Part shown: positions 10,990 to 19,064 of the stretch, piece after piece | Numbering within the stretch: position 1 is the stretch's first letter | Layout of the letters: each line of letters opens with the position of its first letter | Assembly: GCF_044792175.1 (NCBI RefSeq) | Contig: NZ_CP172866.1 | Origin: Corallococcus coralloides | GTDB lineage: Bacteria; Myxococcota; Myxococcia; Myxococcales; Myxococcaceae | DNA length: 64,000 nucleotides | Strand: one strand, 5' to 3' | The notes under the pieces: model-generated | Seen by the model: only the letters and a program-made list of their open reading frames with translations | Databases searched by the model: none | What the model was told of the DNA's origin: nothing | Made by a program: the position numbers and the translations under genes

Positions 10990-12681
10990 TTGCCCCTGCT
11001 CATGCGAATTCTTGGAGGCAACGGATTGAAGACGCGACACACCCTGATGGCCTCCCTGGCCGCCTGCACCCTGGCGCTTGGGACGACTGCTTGTGGCGCC
11101 GGCGGTGGCGCTGGCGGAGGCACCGGCGGTTCCTCGAACGCCGGTACCCAGGCCCCCGCGACGAACGCGGGCCCCTCAGGACAAGTCGAGAAGGCGCCCG
11201 CCGCTCCGGGCAAGGCGCCGCCCATCGGCGTGCAGCCGGTGGAGAACACGCCCGCCGCGCAACTGCCGGACCACGCGGACCACGCGCCCATCGCGGAGCC
11301 CGGTCCCCAGCCCGCCGTCAGCGCCCAGGCCATGGCGGAGACGCCCGTTACCACGCCCGCCCATGACTGGGTGGTGTCGCCCAACGGCGACGACGGCGCC
11401 GAGGGCACGGAGGCCGCGCCGCTGCGCACCATCGCCATGGCGGTGAGCAAGGCCGGCCCCGGCGACCGCATCCGCGTGCTCGCGGGCACCTACGCCGAGC
11501 GCGTGGTGCTGGGCGACAACGCCCAGGCCGGTACGCCCGAGGCGAAGATCACCCTCCAGGGCGAGGGCCGTCCCAAGCTCACCCCGGGCAGCGGCTCCGG
11601 CGCGGCGGTGCAGGTGCGCCGCGCGAACTGGGTCATCGACGGGTTCGACATCGACGTGGAGGGGCAGCCCATCTTCGGCGTCACCTTCGAGGGCGACGTG
11701 CAGGGCACGGTGCTCGCCAACTCGGAGCTGCACAACGGCACCGGCGGCGCGGGCGTCACCATGTTCAACAACGCCAAGGGCGCCACCCTCGAGAACAACA
11801 ACATCCACGACTTCGTGCGGACCACCGGCAACAAGGACTCGCACGGCGTCGTGATGCAGCCCGCGTCCTACGACGTGACGGTGCGCAACAACGACATCCA
11901 CGACGTGTCCGGTGACTCCGTGCAGTGCCTGGGGCCGGAGGGCTTCAGCGACCTGCCGCCCGCCACGGGCCTGCTGGTGGAGAACAACCACTTCTTCAAC
12001 AACCGGGAGAACGCCGTGGACATCAAGACGTGCCGCGACGTCATCATCCGCAACAACCGGATGCACCAGTTCCGGCCGTCGGAGACGGCGAAGGGCGACG
12101 TGCTCGTCATCCACTACTCCGCCAACAACGTGCTGGTGGAGGACAACGAGCTGTATGACGGCGCCAAGGGCATCTCCGTGGGCGGCAACCACGAGGGCCC
12201 CGTGCCCCAGTCCGTCGTCGTGCGCCGCAACCGCGTGCACGACATCACCGACGCGGGCGGCGGCGAAGGCACCGCCATCCGCCTGGAGAACTCCAAGGGC
12301 ACCGTGGTGGTGAACAACACCATCACCCGCGCCAAGGCCGGCATCATCCTGGGCCACGGCACGGGCGGCCCCACGGAGACGCTGCGCGTGGAGAACAACC
12401 TGGTGGACGCGCCCGTCAGCGTGGACGTGGGCGGCCAGGCCCCCGGCCTCCACATGAGCAACAACCTCTATCCGGCCGGCACGCAGTTCAAGCACAACGG
12501 CCAGCTCCAGGCCCTGGACGCCTTCAAGGCCGCCACCGGGGACACCACCTCCAACGGCGGTGACGTGACGGTGTCGGACACCTTCGCCCCGTCCCCCGCC
12601 GCCCAGGACAAGGGCCTGGACCAGGGCCAGCCCTTCTGCGGCGCGGCCCCGGACATCGGCGCGGTGGAGCTGGGCTGCTAG
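10990..12681 (+). CDS. Secreted lipoprotein with parallel beta-helix (PbH1 / pectate-lyase-fold) repeats.
   Basis: It has a lipobox LAACTLALGTTAC and repeated NNxIHD / NNRxH / NNxI motifs (ENNNIHDF, RNNDIHDV, ENNHFFNN, IRNNRMHQ, EDNELYDG, RRNRVHDI, VVNNTITR). The start may instead be the internal Met at 11047. Confidence 0.65.
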   Translation: MPLLMRILGGNGLKTRHTLMASLAACTLALGTTACGAGGGAGGGTGGSSNAGTQAPATNAGPSGQVEKAPAAPGKAPPIGVQPVENTPAAQLPDHADHAPIAEPGPQPAVSAQAMAETPVTTPAHDWVVSPNGDDGAEGTEAAPLRTIAMAVSKAGPGDRIRVLAGTYAERVVLGDNAQAGTPEAKITLQGEGRPKLTPGSGSGAAVQVRRANWVIDGFDIDVEGQPIFGVTFEGDVQGTVLANSELHNGTGGAGVTMFNNAKGATLENNNIHDFVRTTGNKDSHGVVMQPASYDVTVRNNDIHDVSGDSVQCLGPEGFSDLPPATGLLVENNHFFNNRENAVDIKTCRDVIIRNNRMHQFRPSETAKGDVLVIHYSANNVLVEDNELYDGAKGISVGGNHEGPVPQSVVVRRNRVHDITDAGGGEGTAIRLENSKGTVVVNNTITRAKAGIILGHGTGGPTETLRVENNLVDAPVSVDVGGQAPGLHMSNNLYPAGTQFKHNGQLQALDAFKAATGDTTSNGGDVTVSDTFAPSPAAQDKGLDQGQPFCGAAPDIGAVELGC

Positions 12682-12715
12682 GCCCGCCCGGGAAGACACC
12701 CCCGGAAAAGCAGAA

Positions 12716-12749
12716 GGCCCGATGCGGAGACTTCCGCATCGGGCCTTTT
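12716..12749. terminator. Rho-independent terminator hairpin, bidirectional, after the beta-helix lipoprotein gene.
   Basis: The arms ggcccgatgcgga and tccgcatcgggcc form a perfect 13-bp stem with a 4-nt loop, followed by TTTT. The A-run on the opposite strand would also serve tRNA-Cys. Confidence 0.6.
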
Positions 12750-12756
12750 GTCTGTG

Positions 12757-12828
12757 AGGCGCCACCCGGATTCGAACCGGGGAATGAAGGTTTTGCAGAC
12801 CTTTGCCTTACCACTTGGCTATGGCGCC
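12757..12828 (-). tRNA. tRNA-Cys (anticodon GCA).
   Basis: The reverse complement reads GGCGCCATAGCCAAGTGGTAAGGCAAAGGTCTGCAAAACCTTTCATTCCCCGGTTCGAATCCGGGTGGCGCCT. It has a 7-bp acceptor stem, a GTTCGAATC T-loop and the anticodon loop CTGCAAA. Confidence 0.8.
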
Positions 12829-12960
12829 GCAGCGATTGGGGCCGGGGTTATACGCAGCCCGGCAGGAGCCGGTCAAGGAAGCAACACCATCCAGTCGTGC
12901 TTCTCGTCCCGCTACCATGCGGCGCGGGGCGTCAGCCCCCAGCGAGCGAGGGAGCACACG

Positions 12961-14112
12961 ATGCTGCAGGGCCATGGGGTCTTCCAGGAGGAGCACGACG
13001 CCTTCCGCCGCACCGTCCGGGCGGTGGTGGACAAGGAGCTGCGCCCGTTCGCGGCGGACTGGGAGGCCCGGGAGGAGTTCCCCCGGGAGCTCTTCACCCG
13101 CTTCGGCGAGCTGGGCTTCCTGGGCCTGAAGTACCCGGAGGCCTACGGGGGCACGGCCGCCGGGGAGCTGTACGAGGCGGTGCTCCTGGAGGAGCTGGGC
13201 CGCTGCGGCTCCGGCGGCGTGGCCGCGGGGCTGGCGGGCCAGTTCACCATCGCGACCGGCCCCGTGCACCTGTTCGGCACGGACGCCCAGAAGCAGCGCT
13301 GGCTGGCCCCCGCCATCCGGGGGGAGAAGATTGGCGCCCTGGGCATCTCCGAACCGGACGCCGGCTCGGACGTGGCGGGGCTGCGCACCACCGCCCGCCG
13401 CGACGGCGACCACTACGTCGTCAACGGCTCCAAGACGTACATCACCAACGGGGTGCGGGCGGACTTCGTGGTGCTGGCGGTGAAGACCGACCCGTCGCGC
13501 GGCCACAAGGGCCTGTCCATGCTGGTGGTGGAGCGGGGCACGCCGGGCTTCAGCGTGGGGCGCAAGCTCCAGAAGGTGGGCTGGCGCGCGTCCGACACGG
13601 CGGAGCTCTTCTTCGAGGACTGCCGCGTGCCCGCGGAGAACCTGCTGGGCGTGGAGAACCAGGGCTTCTCGCAGATCATGGGCAACTTCCAGTGGGAGCG
13701 CCTGTCGCTCGCGCTGGGCGCGCTGGGCGCCATGGACGACATGCTGGAGACGGTGCTCGAGCACGTGAAGCAGCGCCGCGCCTTCGGGCAGACGCTGGCG
13801 GGCTTCCAGGTGGTGCGCCACAAGCTGGCGGACCTGTACACCGCCCGTGAATGCGCGCGGCAGCTCACCTACCACGCGCTGCGCCTGCACGTGGCCGGCG
13901 AGTACGCCGTCGCGCAGACCTCCATGGCCAAGAAGGTCGCCACGGAGACCTGCTGCCGCGTGGCCGACGAGTGCCTCCAGCTCCACGGCGGCGCGGGCTA
14001 CATGATGGAGTACGACATCCAGCGTCACTGGCGCGACGCGCGGCTGGGGCCCATTGGCGGCGGCACCAGTGAGGTGATGAACGAAATCATCGCCAAGCAA
14101 CTGGGGCTCTGA
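12961..14112 (+). CDS. Acyl-CoA dehydrogenase.
   Basis: The 383-aa protein runs from MLQGHG to GTSEVMNEIIAKQLGL and contains GISEPDAGSD, YVVNGSKTYITNG and ACAD C-terminal motifs. The track ORF start at 12748 reads through the tRNA and is rejected. Confidence 0.85.
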   Translation: MLQGHGVFQEEHDAFRRTVRAVVDKELRPFAADWEAREEFPRELFTRFGELGFLGLKYPEAYGGTAAGELYEAVLLEELGRCGSGGVAAGLAGQFTIATGPVHLFGTDAQKQRWLAPAIRGEKIGALGISEPDAGSDVAGLRTTARRDGDHYVVNGSKTYITNGVRADFVVLAVKTDPSRGHKGLSMLVVERGTPGFSVGRKLQKVGWRASDTAELFFEDCRVPAENLLGVENQGFSQIMGNFQWERLSLALGALGAMDDMLETVLEHVKQRRAFGQTLAGFQVVRHKLADLYTARECARQLTYHALRLHVAGEYAVAQTSMAKKVATETCCRVADECLQLHGGAGYMMEYDIQRHWRDARLGPIGGGTSEVMNEIIAKQLGL

Positions 14113-14181
14113 CGCCCCCGGCGGGCCTCCCCGGAGCAGGCGGGCGGACAGGCGGGAAGAGCGGAAGAAGCCCTCCGGTTC

Positions 14182-14568
14182 ATGTTCGATGGAGTCAGTC
14201 GCCTCGGGGAGGTCCCGGTGGAGCCCACCATCATTTGCGATGAGCTGTTCATGCGTCTGGGGGACGAGGATGTGCTCGTCCTGGATTGCCGCGACGCGAT
14301 GGACTGGGAGCGGTTCGAGATCCACATCCCCGGCGCGCTGCGCATGACGGCCTCGGAGATCGCGCGGGACCTGGCGATGCTGCCGGACGACGAGCTCATC
14401 GTCCTCTGCGGCACCACCCAGGACTGCGCGGACATCCGCCGCGTCTGCCGCGTGCTGCGCCTGCGGGGGCGCAACGCCGTCTGCCTCGCCGGCGGCCTCC
14501 ACGCCTGGGTGACGGGGGGCTACCCCACGGAACGCCACACGCGCGCCCCCTCCCACGCCCACCGTTGA
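14182..14568 (+). CDS. Rhodanese-like domain protein (single-domain sulfurtransferase).
   Basis: The 128-aa ORF has DCRDAMDWERFEIHIPGA, and the active-site Cys loop LCGTTQDCAD is followed by LAGGLHAW. Confidence 0.65.
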   Translation: MFDGVSRLGEVPVEPTIICDELFMRLGDEDVLVLDCRDAMDWERFEIHIPGALRMTASEIARDLAMLPDDELIVLCGTTQDCADIRRVCRVLRLRGRNAVCLAGGLHAWVTGGYPTERHTRAPSHAHR

Positions 14569-14637
14569 GCGGCGGATGCAGCGCGTCGTGAAACGGTGTA
14601 AGGAGCGCCCTGCCGCCTCCACCGGAGACCCTCCACG

Positions 14638-15726
14638 ATGGCCAAGCTTCGCGCCGTACTCATTGGCGCCACCGGACTCGCGGGCCAGCAGTTCATCGCT
14701 GCCCTGAAGGACCACCCGTTCATCGAGCTGACCGGGCTCGCCGCTTCGCCCCGCTCCGCCGGAAAAACCTACGCGGACGCCCTGCGCGCCTCCAACGGCA
14801 TGCTCGCCTGGTTCGTCCCGGAGCCGCTCCCGGAGGCCATCGCCCGCATGACCGTGGTCAGCGGCGACGCCGTCCAGGCGAAGGACTACGACATCGCCTT
14901 CTCCGCCGTGGAGGCGGATGTCGCCCGTGAAATCGAGCCGCGCCTGGCCCGGGACATCCCGGTGTTCTCCGCCGCCAGCGCCTTCCGCTACGACGCGGAC
15001 GTGCCCCTGCTCATCCCCCCCGTGAACGCCGCCCACGCCCCGCTCATCCACGAGCAGCGCCGGCAGCGCGGGTGGAAGGGCTTCATCGTCCCCATCCCCA
15101 ACTGCACCACCACCGGCCTCGCCGTGACGCTGGCCCCCCTGGCCGAGCGCTTCGGCGTGAAGGCCGTGCTGATGACCAGCCTCCAGGCCATGTCCGGCGC
15201 CGGACGGTCGCCCGGCGTCATCGGCCTGGACATCCTCGACAACGTCGTGCCCTACATCCCCAAGGAGGAGCACAAGGTCGAGGTGGAGACGAAGAAGATC
15301 CTCGGGGCGCTCGACCCCGCGGGCGCGGCGCTCACCCCGCACGACGTGCGCGTCTCCTGCACCTGCACCCGTGTCGCCGTCCTGGAGGGCCACACCGAGT
15401 CCGTCTTCGTGTCGCTCGGGAAGAAGGCCTCCGTGGCGGAGGTCGCCCAGGCGATGCGCGAGTGGCAGGGCGCCCAGGTGGCGAAGGACCTGCCGTCCGC
15501 TCCGCCCCGGTGGATTGAAGTGCTGGACGACCCGTTCCGCCCCCAGCCCCGCATGGACCGGGACACCCACGGCGGCATGGCCACCACGGTGGGCCGCATC
15601 CGCGAGGACGGCGTGCTGGAGAACGGCTTCAAGTACGTGCTCGTCTCCCACAACACCAAGATGGGGGCCGCGAAGGGCGCCATCCTGGTGGCGGAGCTGC
15701 TTCGGGCGCAGGGCTTGCTGGGCTGA
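14638..15726 (+). CDS. asd: Aspartate-semialdehyde dehydrogenase.
   Basis: The 362-aa ORF has LIGATGLAGQQF (NAD-binding), active-site IPNCTTTGL and SLQAMSGAGRSPG. Confidence 0.85.
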   Translation: MAKLRAVLIGATGLAGQQFIAALKDHPFIELTGLAASPRSAGKTYADALRASNGMLAWFVPEPLPEAIARMTVVSGDAVQAKDYDIAFSAVEADVAREIEPRLARDIPVFSAASAFRYDADVPLLIPPVNAAHAPLIHEQRRQRGWKGFIVPIPNCTTTGLAVTLAPLAERFGVKAVLMTSLQAMSGAGRSPGVIGLDILDNVVPYIPKEEHKVEVETKKILGALDPAGAALTPHDVRVSCTCTRVAVLEGHTESVFVSLGKKASVAEVAQAMREWQGAQVAKDLPSAPPRWIEVLDDPFRPQPRMDRDTHGGMATTVGRIREDGVLENGFKYVLVSHNTKMGAAKGAILVAELLRAQGLLG

Positions 15727-15837
15727 CCGGGGAAGCGGACCGGGTGGGCCCCTAAATTCAGGGTGCCAACCCCGGCCGCAACCATCTACTGTGCGCGGCC
15801 ACGGACGCGCGGAAATCCGCACAGAGGAGAGATCAAC

Positions 15838-16173
15838 ATGGCCTACGTCGTCGCCGAGCCTTGCATCAAGTGCAAGTACACCGACTGTGTCGAGGTGTGC
15901 CCGGTCAACTGCTTCTACGAGGGCGCGAACTTCCTCGTGATCCACCCGGACGAGTGCATCGACTGCGGCGCTTGCGAGCCCGTCTGCCCGACCAAGGCGA
16001 TCTTCCCCGAGACCGAGCTGCCCTCGGAGTGGTCGGAGTACAAGAAGCTCAACACCGACTTCGCGTCCAAGTGGCCCAACATCGCGGAGAAGAAGGCCGC
16101 GCTGCCCGAGGCCGAGGAGTACAAGGACAAGAAGGGCAAGCGCGCGGAGCTGAACACCGCGCCCGGGAAGTAG
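15838..16173 (+). CDS. fdxA: 7Fe ferredoxin (FdxA-type, [3Fe-4S][4Fe-4S]).
   Basis: The sequence [29 protein letters not shown]...[12 protein letters not shown] follows a good RBS (aggaga), and the ATG at 15838 lies inside track ORF 15763..16173. Confidence 0.85.
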   Translation: MAYVVAEPCIKCKYTDCVEVCPVNCFYEGANFLVIHPDECIDCGACEPVCPTKAIFPETELPSEWSEYKKLNTDFASKWPNIAEKKAALPEAEEYKDKKGKRAELNTAPGK

Positions 16174-16206
16174 GCGCGGGCCGAGTCGCCCGAGTGCGCC
16201 CGTGGT

Positions 16207-16246
16207 GATGAAGGCCCTTGCGCCCCCTGGCGTGAGGGCTTTCATC
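16207..16246. terminator. Hairpin between convergent fdxA and the downstream minus-strand gene, a putative bidirectional terminator.
   Basis: The arms gatgaaggccct and agggctttcatc form a 12-bp stem with one G-T wobble and a 16-nt loop. Confidence 0.3.
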
Positions 16247-16285
16247 GTTCGTGGAGGCTGGCGGGGGAAGGGCATCGCCGGACGT

Positions 16286-17137
16286 TCACCCCGCCTGGAG
16301 GACGCTGAGCCGCAGCCCCCGCGCCTCCAACGCATCGCGCAACCGCGCCACGTCCTCGGCGGGAACGGGCCCGTGGCGCCCCTGGATGCGCAGCGCCACC
16401 TCCCGGGGCCCCGTCCGCTCCACCTCCACGGTGGCCTCCAGCGGCCCCCGCAGGCTGAGGCCCAGCGCCGGCCGCTGTGACTTCACGAAGACCTCGATCT
16501 TCTCGATGAGCGCCAGGGTGGACTCGACCTGGGCGACGGGCGGGCCGGCCGGTGCGGCACCCTCCGCGGAGCCGCTCGCCACGCGAGCACCTTCGGGCGC
16601 GGGGCCGCGAGACAGGCCTTCCGGGGAACGGTCATCCCGCGAGGACGCGGGGAGGGGAGACAACACGGGACGGGGCTCCGCGCGGAAGGAGCGCTCCACC
16701 TCGCGGGCCAGCAGCTCCGACGCACGGTGGGTGGCCTGCGTCCCGCCCTCCGCGAGCGCCTCCTGCCGCACCGCCCCCAGCCGCCGCGCCTCCACGTGCA
16801 TGTCCTGCCGGGCCTGGCGGAGCGTCTCCGGGCTCCCCAGCGCGCTGCGCGTCGTCGAGAGGACGGCCCCCGCCGCACGGACGCCGGGAAGTGCCGGAGT
16901 GGCCCGCGTCGCCGGCCCCTGTCCACCGGCGCGGAGCAGGCCGGGCTTCGGAAGGGGGCCTGGAGCCACCGGCTCGCGGCGGGGCCCGGGACGCGGTGGC
17001 GCGCCGGGCCGTCCGGAGGTCCGCTGGAGGACCTGTTGGAACGCGTCCTTCTCCGGGGGGACCTTCTCGTTTCCGGAAGGGGCGTCCTGACCTTCGACCT
17101 TCATGGCGTGCCTCGCGCGCAAGGGATGCGCGGGCAT
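16286..17137 (-). CDS. Pro/Ala/Arg-rich hypothetical protein whose C-terminal domain faintly resembles FliK/Flg_hook-type domains.
   Basis: The 283-aa ORF has a long low-complexity N-terminal region and the C-terminal segment LGLSLRGPLEATVEVERTGPREVALRIQGRHGPVPAEDVARLRDALEARGLRLSVL. An internal Met at 17104 (MKVEGQD) is an alternative start. Confidence 0.4.
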   Translation of the reverse strand: MPAHPLRARHAMKVEGQDAPSGNEKVPPEKDAFQQVLQRTSGRPGAPPRPGPRREPVAPGPLPKPGLLRAGGQGPATRATPALPGVRAAGAVLSTTRSALGSPETLRQARQDMHVEARRLGAVRQEALAEGGTQATHRASELLAREVERSFRAEPRPVLSPLPASSRDDRSPEGLSRGPAPEGARVASGSAEGAAPAGPPVAQVESTLALIEKIEVFVKSQRPALGLSLRGPLEATVEVERTGPREVALRIQGRHGPVPAEDVARLRDALEARGLRLSVLQAG

Positions 17138-17254
17138 GAGCAGCGGCCGTGCCAGTCAGGCGGGGCGCGCTCCCGGGAGGAGGGGGCGCGGCGGAGGCGG
17201 CACGGCAGGGGTGCCGCCCCCGGGATGGGCGTGCGGAACGCGGGACGGCGCGCT

Positions 17255-18304
17255 TCAGCGCTTGCTGCCGAAGCCGCCCGGCTGCATGGGCGCGGTGCCC
17301 GTCAGGTCGTTGAACGCGAGCGGACAGGCCGCCACGGCGTTGGGATCCGCGAGCGCGGGGTTCTGGGCCCAGTCGCGGTCCTGGAAGAGGTACGCGTCGC
17401 GCACCTCCAGCTCCTTGAGCTGCTTGCGGTACTCCCAGAAGCGGCCGCGCAGGAGCACGCGCGCGCCCTTTGGCAGTTGCGTCAGCGGCGTGTACTGGTC
17501 GTCCTTCAGCCGCGCCGTGATGTTGATGGAGGGCCGCACCTTGGGCTTGCCGTAGGTGAGCCCGGACAGCAGGCCGTCATTGCCCGGATCCGGCAGGTAG
17601 AAGACGAGCCGGGCCACCAGCGCGGGAGGCTCCGGCGGAGGGCCCTTCTTGCTCTTCTTCTTGGGCTTCTCCAGCTTCGCGTCGACGAACTCCAGCCCCG
17701 CGAAGGCGACCTCCTTGTCCAGGTAGTCGTCGCGGAACTTCGCGTCCGCCACGCTGGCCGCGGTGGTGTTGGCCTTGAGGACCTCCACGTCGTAGCGCTC
17801 CAGCATCGCGGGCAGCGTGAAGAAGAAGCTGTCCACCGGCTTCACGCCATCCGCGATGAAGCGCAGCTTGCTCAAGTCCAACGGCGGGTAGTACGGCGCG
17901 AGCGCCACCGCCGTCTGCATCCACTCCGGCGGCAGCCGCTTGTCGATGAGCACCCGCCGCATCATCGACACCAGGAACATGTTGGCCGGGAAGCGCGGCG
18001 TGGAGAGCTGCGTGCCCAGCGCCTGGATCAGCACGGGGTCCAGGTAGAAGTTCTCGTCGCGCTTGTGCAGGTACGGCGCGGACTCGCCCACGATGGTGAG
18101 CAGCGCGCCCACCAACTGCGCGCAGTTCGCGTCGCTCGTCCCCTGGACCAGGGCCTGATTGACGCGGGAGCGGAGGAACCGCTTGTCCATGTCCGCTTCG
18201 CGGAACACGGGCGGCTCTCCCGTTCCAAAAAAGAACTCCTTCTGGGCGAGCGCGGGCGTCGACAGCAGGCCCACGGACAGGGCGAAGAGGGCACGGGTAC
18301 GCAT
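17255..18304 (-). CDS. Secreted hypothetical protein (350 aa) with a cleavable signal peptide.
   Basis: It starts MRTRALFALSVGLLSTPALAQ within ORF 17255..18697 and has no recognisable catalytic motifs. It sits directly upstream of the Pro-rich protein on the same strand. Confidence 0.5.
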   Translation of the reverse strand: MRTRALFALSVGLLSTPALAQKEFFFGTGEPPVFREADMDKRFLRSRVNQALVQGTSDANCAQLVGALLTIVGESAPYLHKRDENFYLDPVLIQALGTQLSTPRFPANMFLVSMMRRVLIDKRLPPEWMQTAVALAPYYPPLDLSKLRFIADGVKPVDSFFFTLPAMLERYDVEVLKANTTAASVADAKFRDDYLDKEVAFAGLEFVDAKLEKPKKKSKKGPPPEPPALVARLVFYLPDPGNDGLLSGLTYGKPKVRPSINITARLKDDQYTPLTQLPKGARVLLRGRFWEYRKQLKELEVRDAYLFQDRDWAQNPALADPNAVAACPLAFNDLTGTAPMQPGGFGSKR

Positions 18305-18566
18305 CGGCCTGAACCCTACCATGCCCTCCCGGAGGTGATCCTCCTCCGGGAGGCCCCACCCATGCGCGGAGTGCGGTCCGCTCCGGGCCCGACGTGAGAG
18401 GGCAATTGCAACCGGATGACCCGATGCGGCGGGGCTTTCGCGACAGTCCCTTTCGGGGCCAGGGGGCAGGGGACGGGGCGAGCGCGCGCGGGGCGTGCCG
18501 GGGCGGCGGGCGGTGGTTTTTTCCGCCTGTTGGCGGCGCGGGCTTTTGTGTACCTTGCCCGGAGCC

Positions 18567-19046
18567 ATGCCGACGCCTCCAGAGACATCCCCGGCACCCG
18601 TCACCATCGCCCACATCAAGGACGAGGCGGAGCTCATGCAGGCCCTCGCCATCCGCGAGGTGGTGTTCATCGAGGAACAGCACGTGCCCGAGGGCATCGA
18701 GCGCGACGCCGAGGACGCCCACGCCTACCACGTCATCGCCTACCAGGGCGGCCACGCCATCGGCACCGGCCGGCTGGTGAAGCTGCCGGAGCCGCCCGCG
18801 GGGCAGACCGGGACGTGGGGCCAGATTGGCCGCATGGCGGTGCTCCAGGCGCACCGCAAGGCCCGCGTGGGCTCGCTGCTCCTCACGTCGCTGGAGGAGG
18901 AGGCGCGCCGCCGCAACGTGAACGGCATCATGCTGCACGCCCAGCTCTACGCGCTCGACTTCTACAAGAAGCACGGCTACCAGCCCGTCGGCGCCGTCTT
19001 CGACGAAGCCGGCATCGACCACCTGGAGATGCACAAGCGGCTGTAG
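18567..19046 (+). CDS. GNAT-family N-acetyltransferase.
   Basis: It has an acetyl-CoA binding loop RLVKL...QIGRMAVLQAHRKARVGSLLL and the C-terminal YKKHGYQP. The ATG at 18567 lies in the frame of track ORF 18495..19046. Confidence 0.7.
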   Translation: MPTPPETSPAPVTIAHIKDEAELMQALAIREVVFIEEQHVPEGIERDAEDAHAYHVIAYQGGHAIGTGRLVKLPEPPAGQTGTWGQIGRMAVLQAHRKARVGSLLLTSLEEEARRRNVNGIMLHAQLYALDFYKKHGYQPVGAVFDEAGIDHLEMHKRL

Positions 19047-19064
19047 TCCCGCGCCGCTTCGCCG

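Noticed and set aside
10881-11489. An upstream extension of the SpoIID ORF (track ORF 9138..11489) reaching into the beta-helix lipoprotein gene on the other strand.
   Set aside because: An in-frame GTG at 10880 gives a perfect lipoprotein signal peptide, and the region upstream is occupied by a well-supported plus-strand gene (10990..12681).
12748-12960. The N-terminal extension of track ORF 12748..14112 and its read-through across the tRNA-Cys gene.
   Set aside because: The extension overlaps a tRNA and a terminator and has no similarity to the acyl-CoA dehydrogenase N-terminus. The true start is the ATG at 12961 (MLQGHG).
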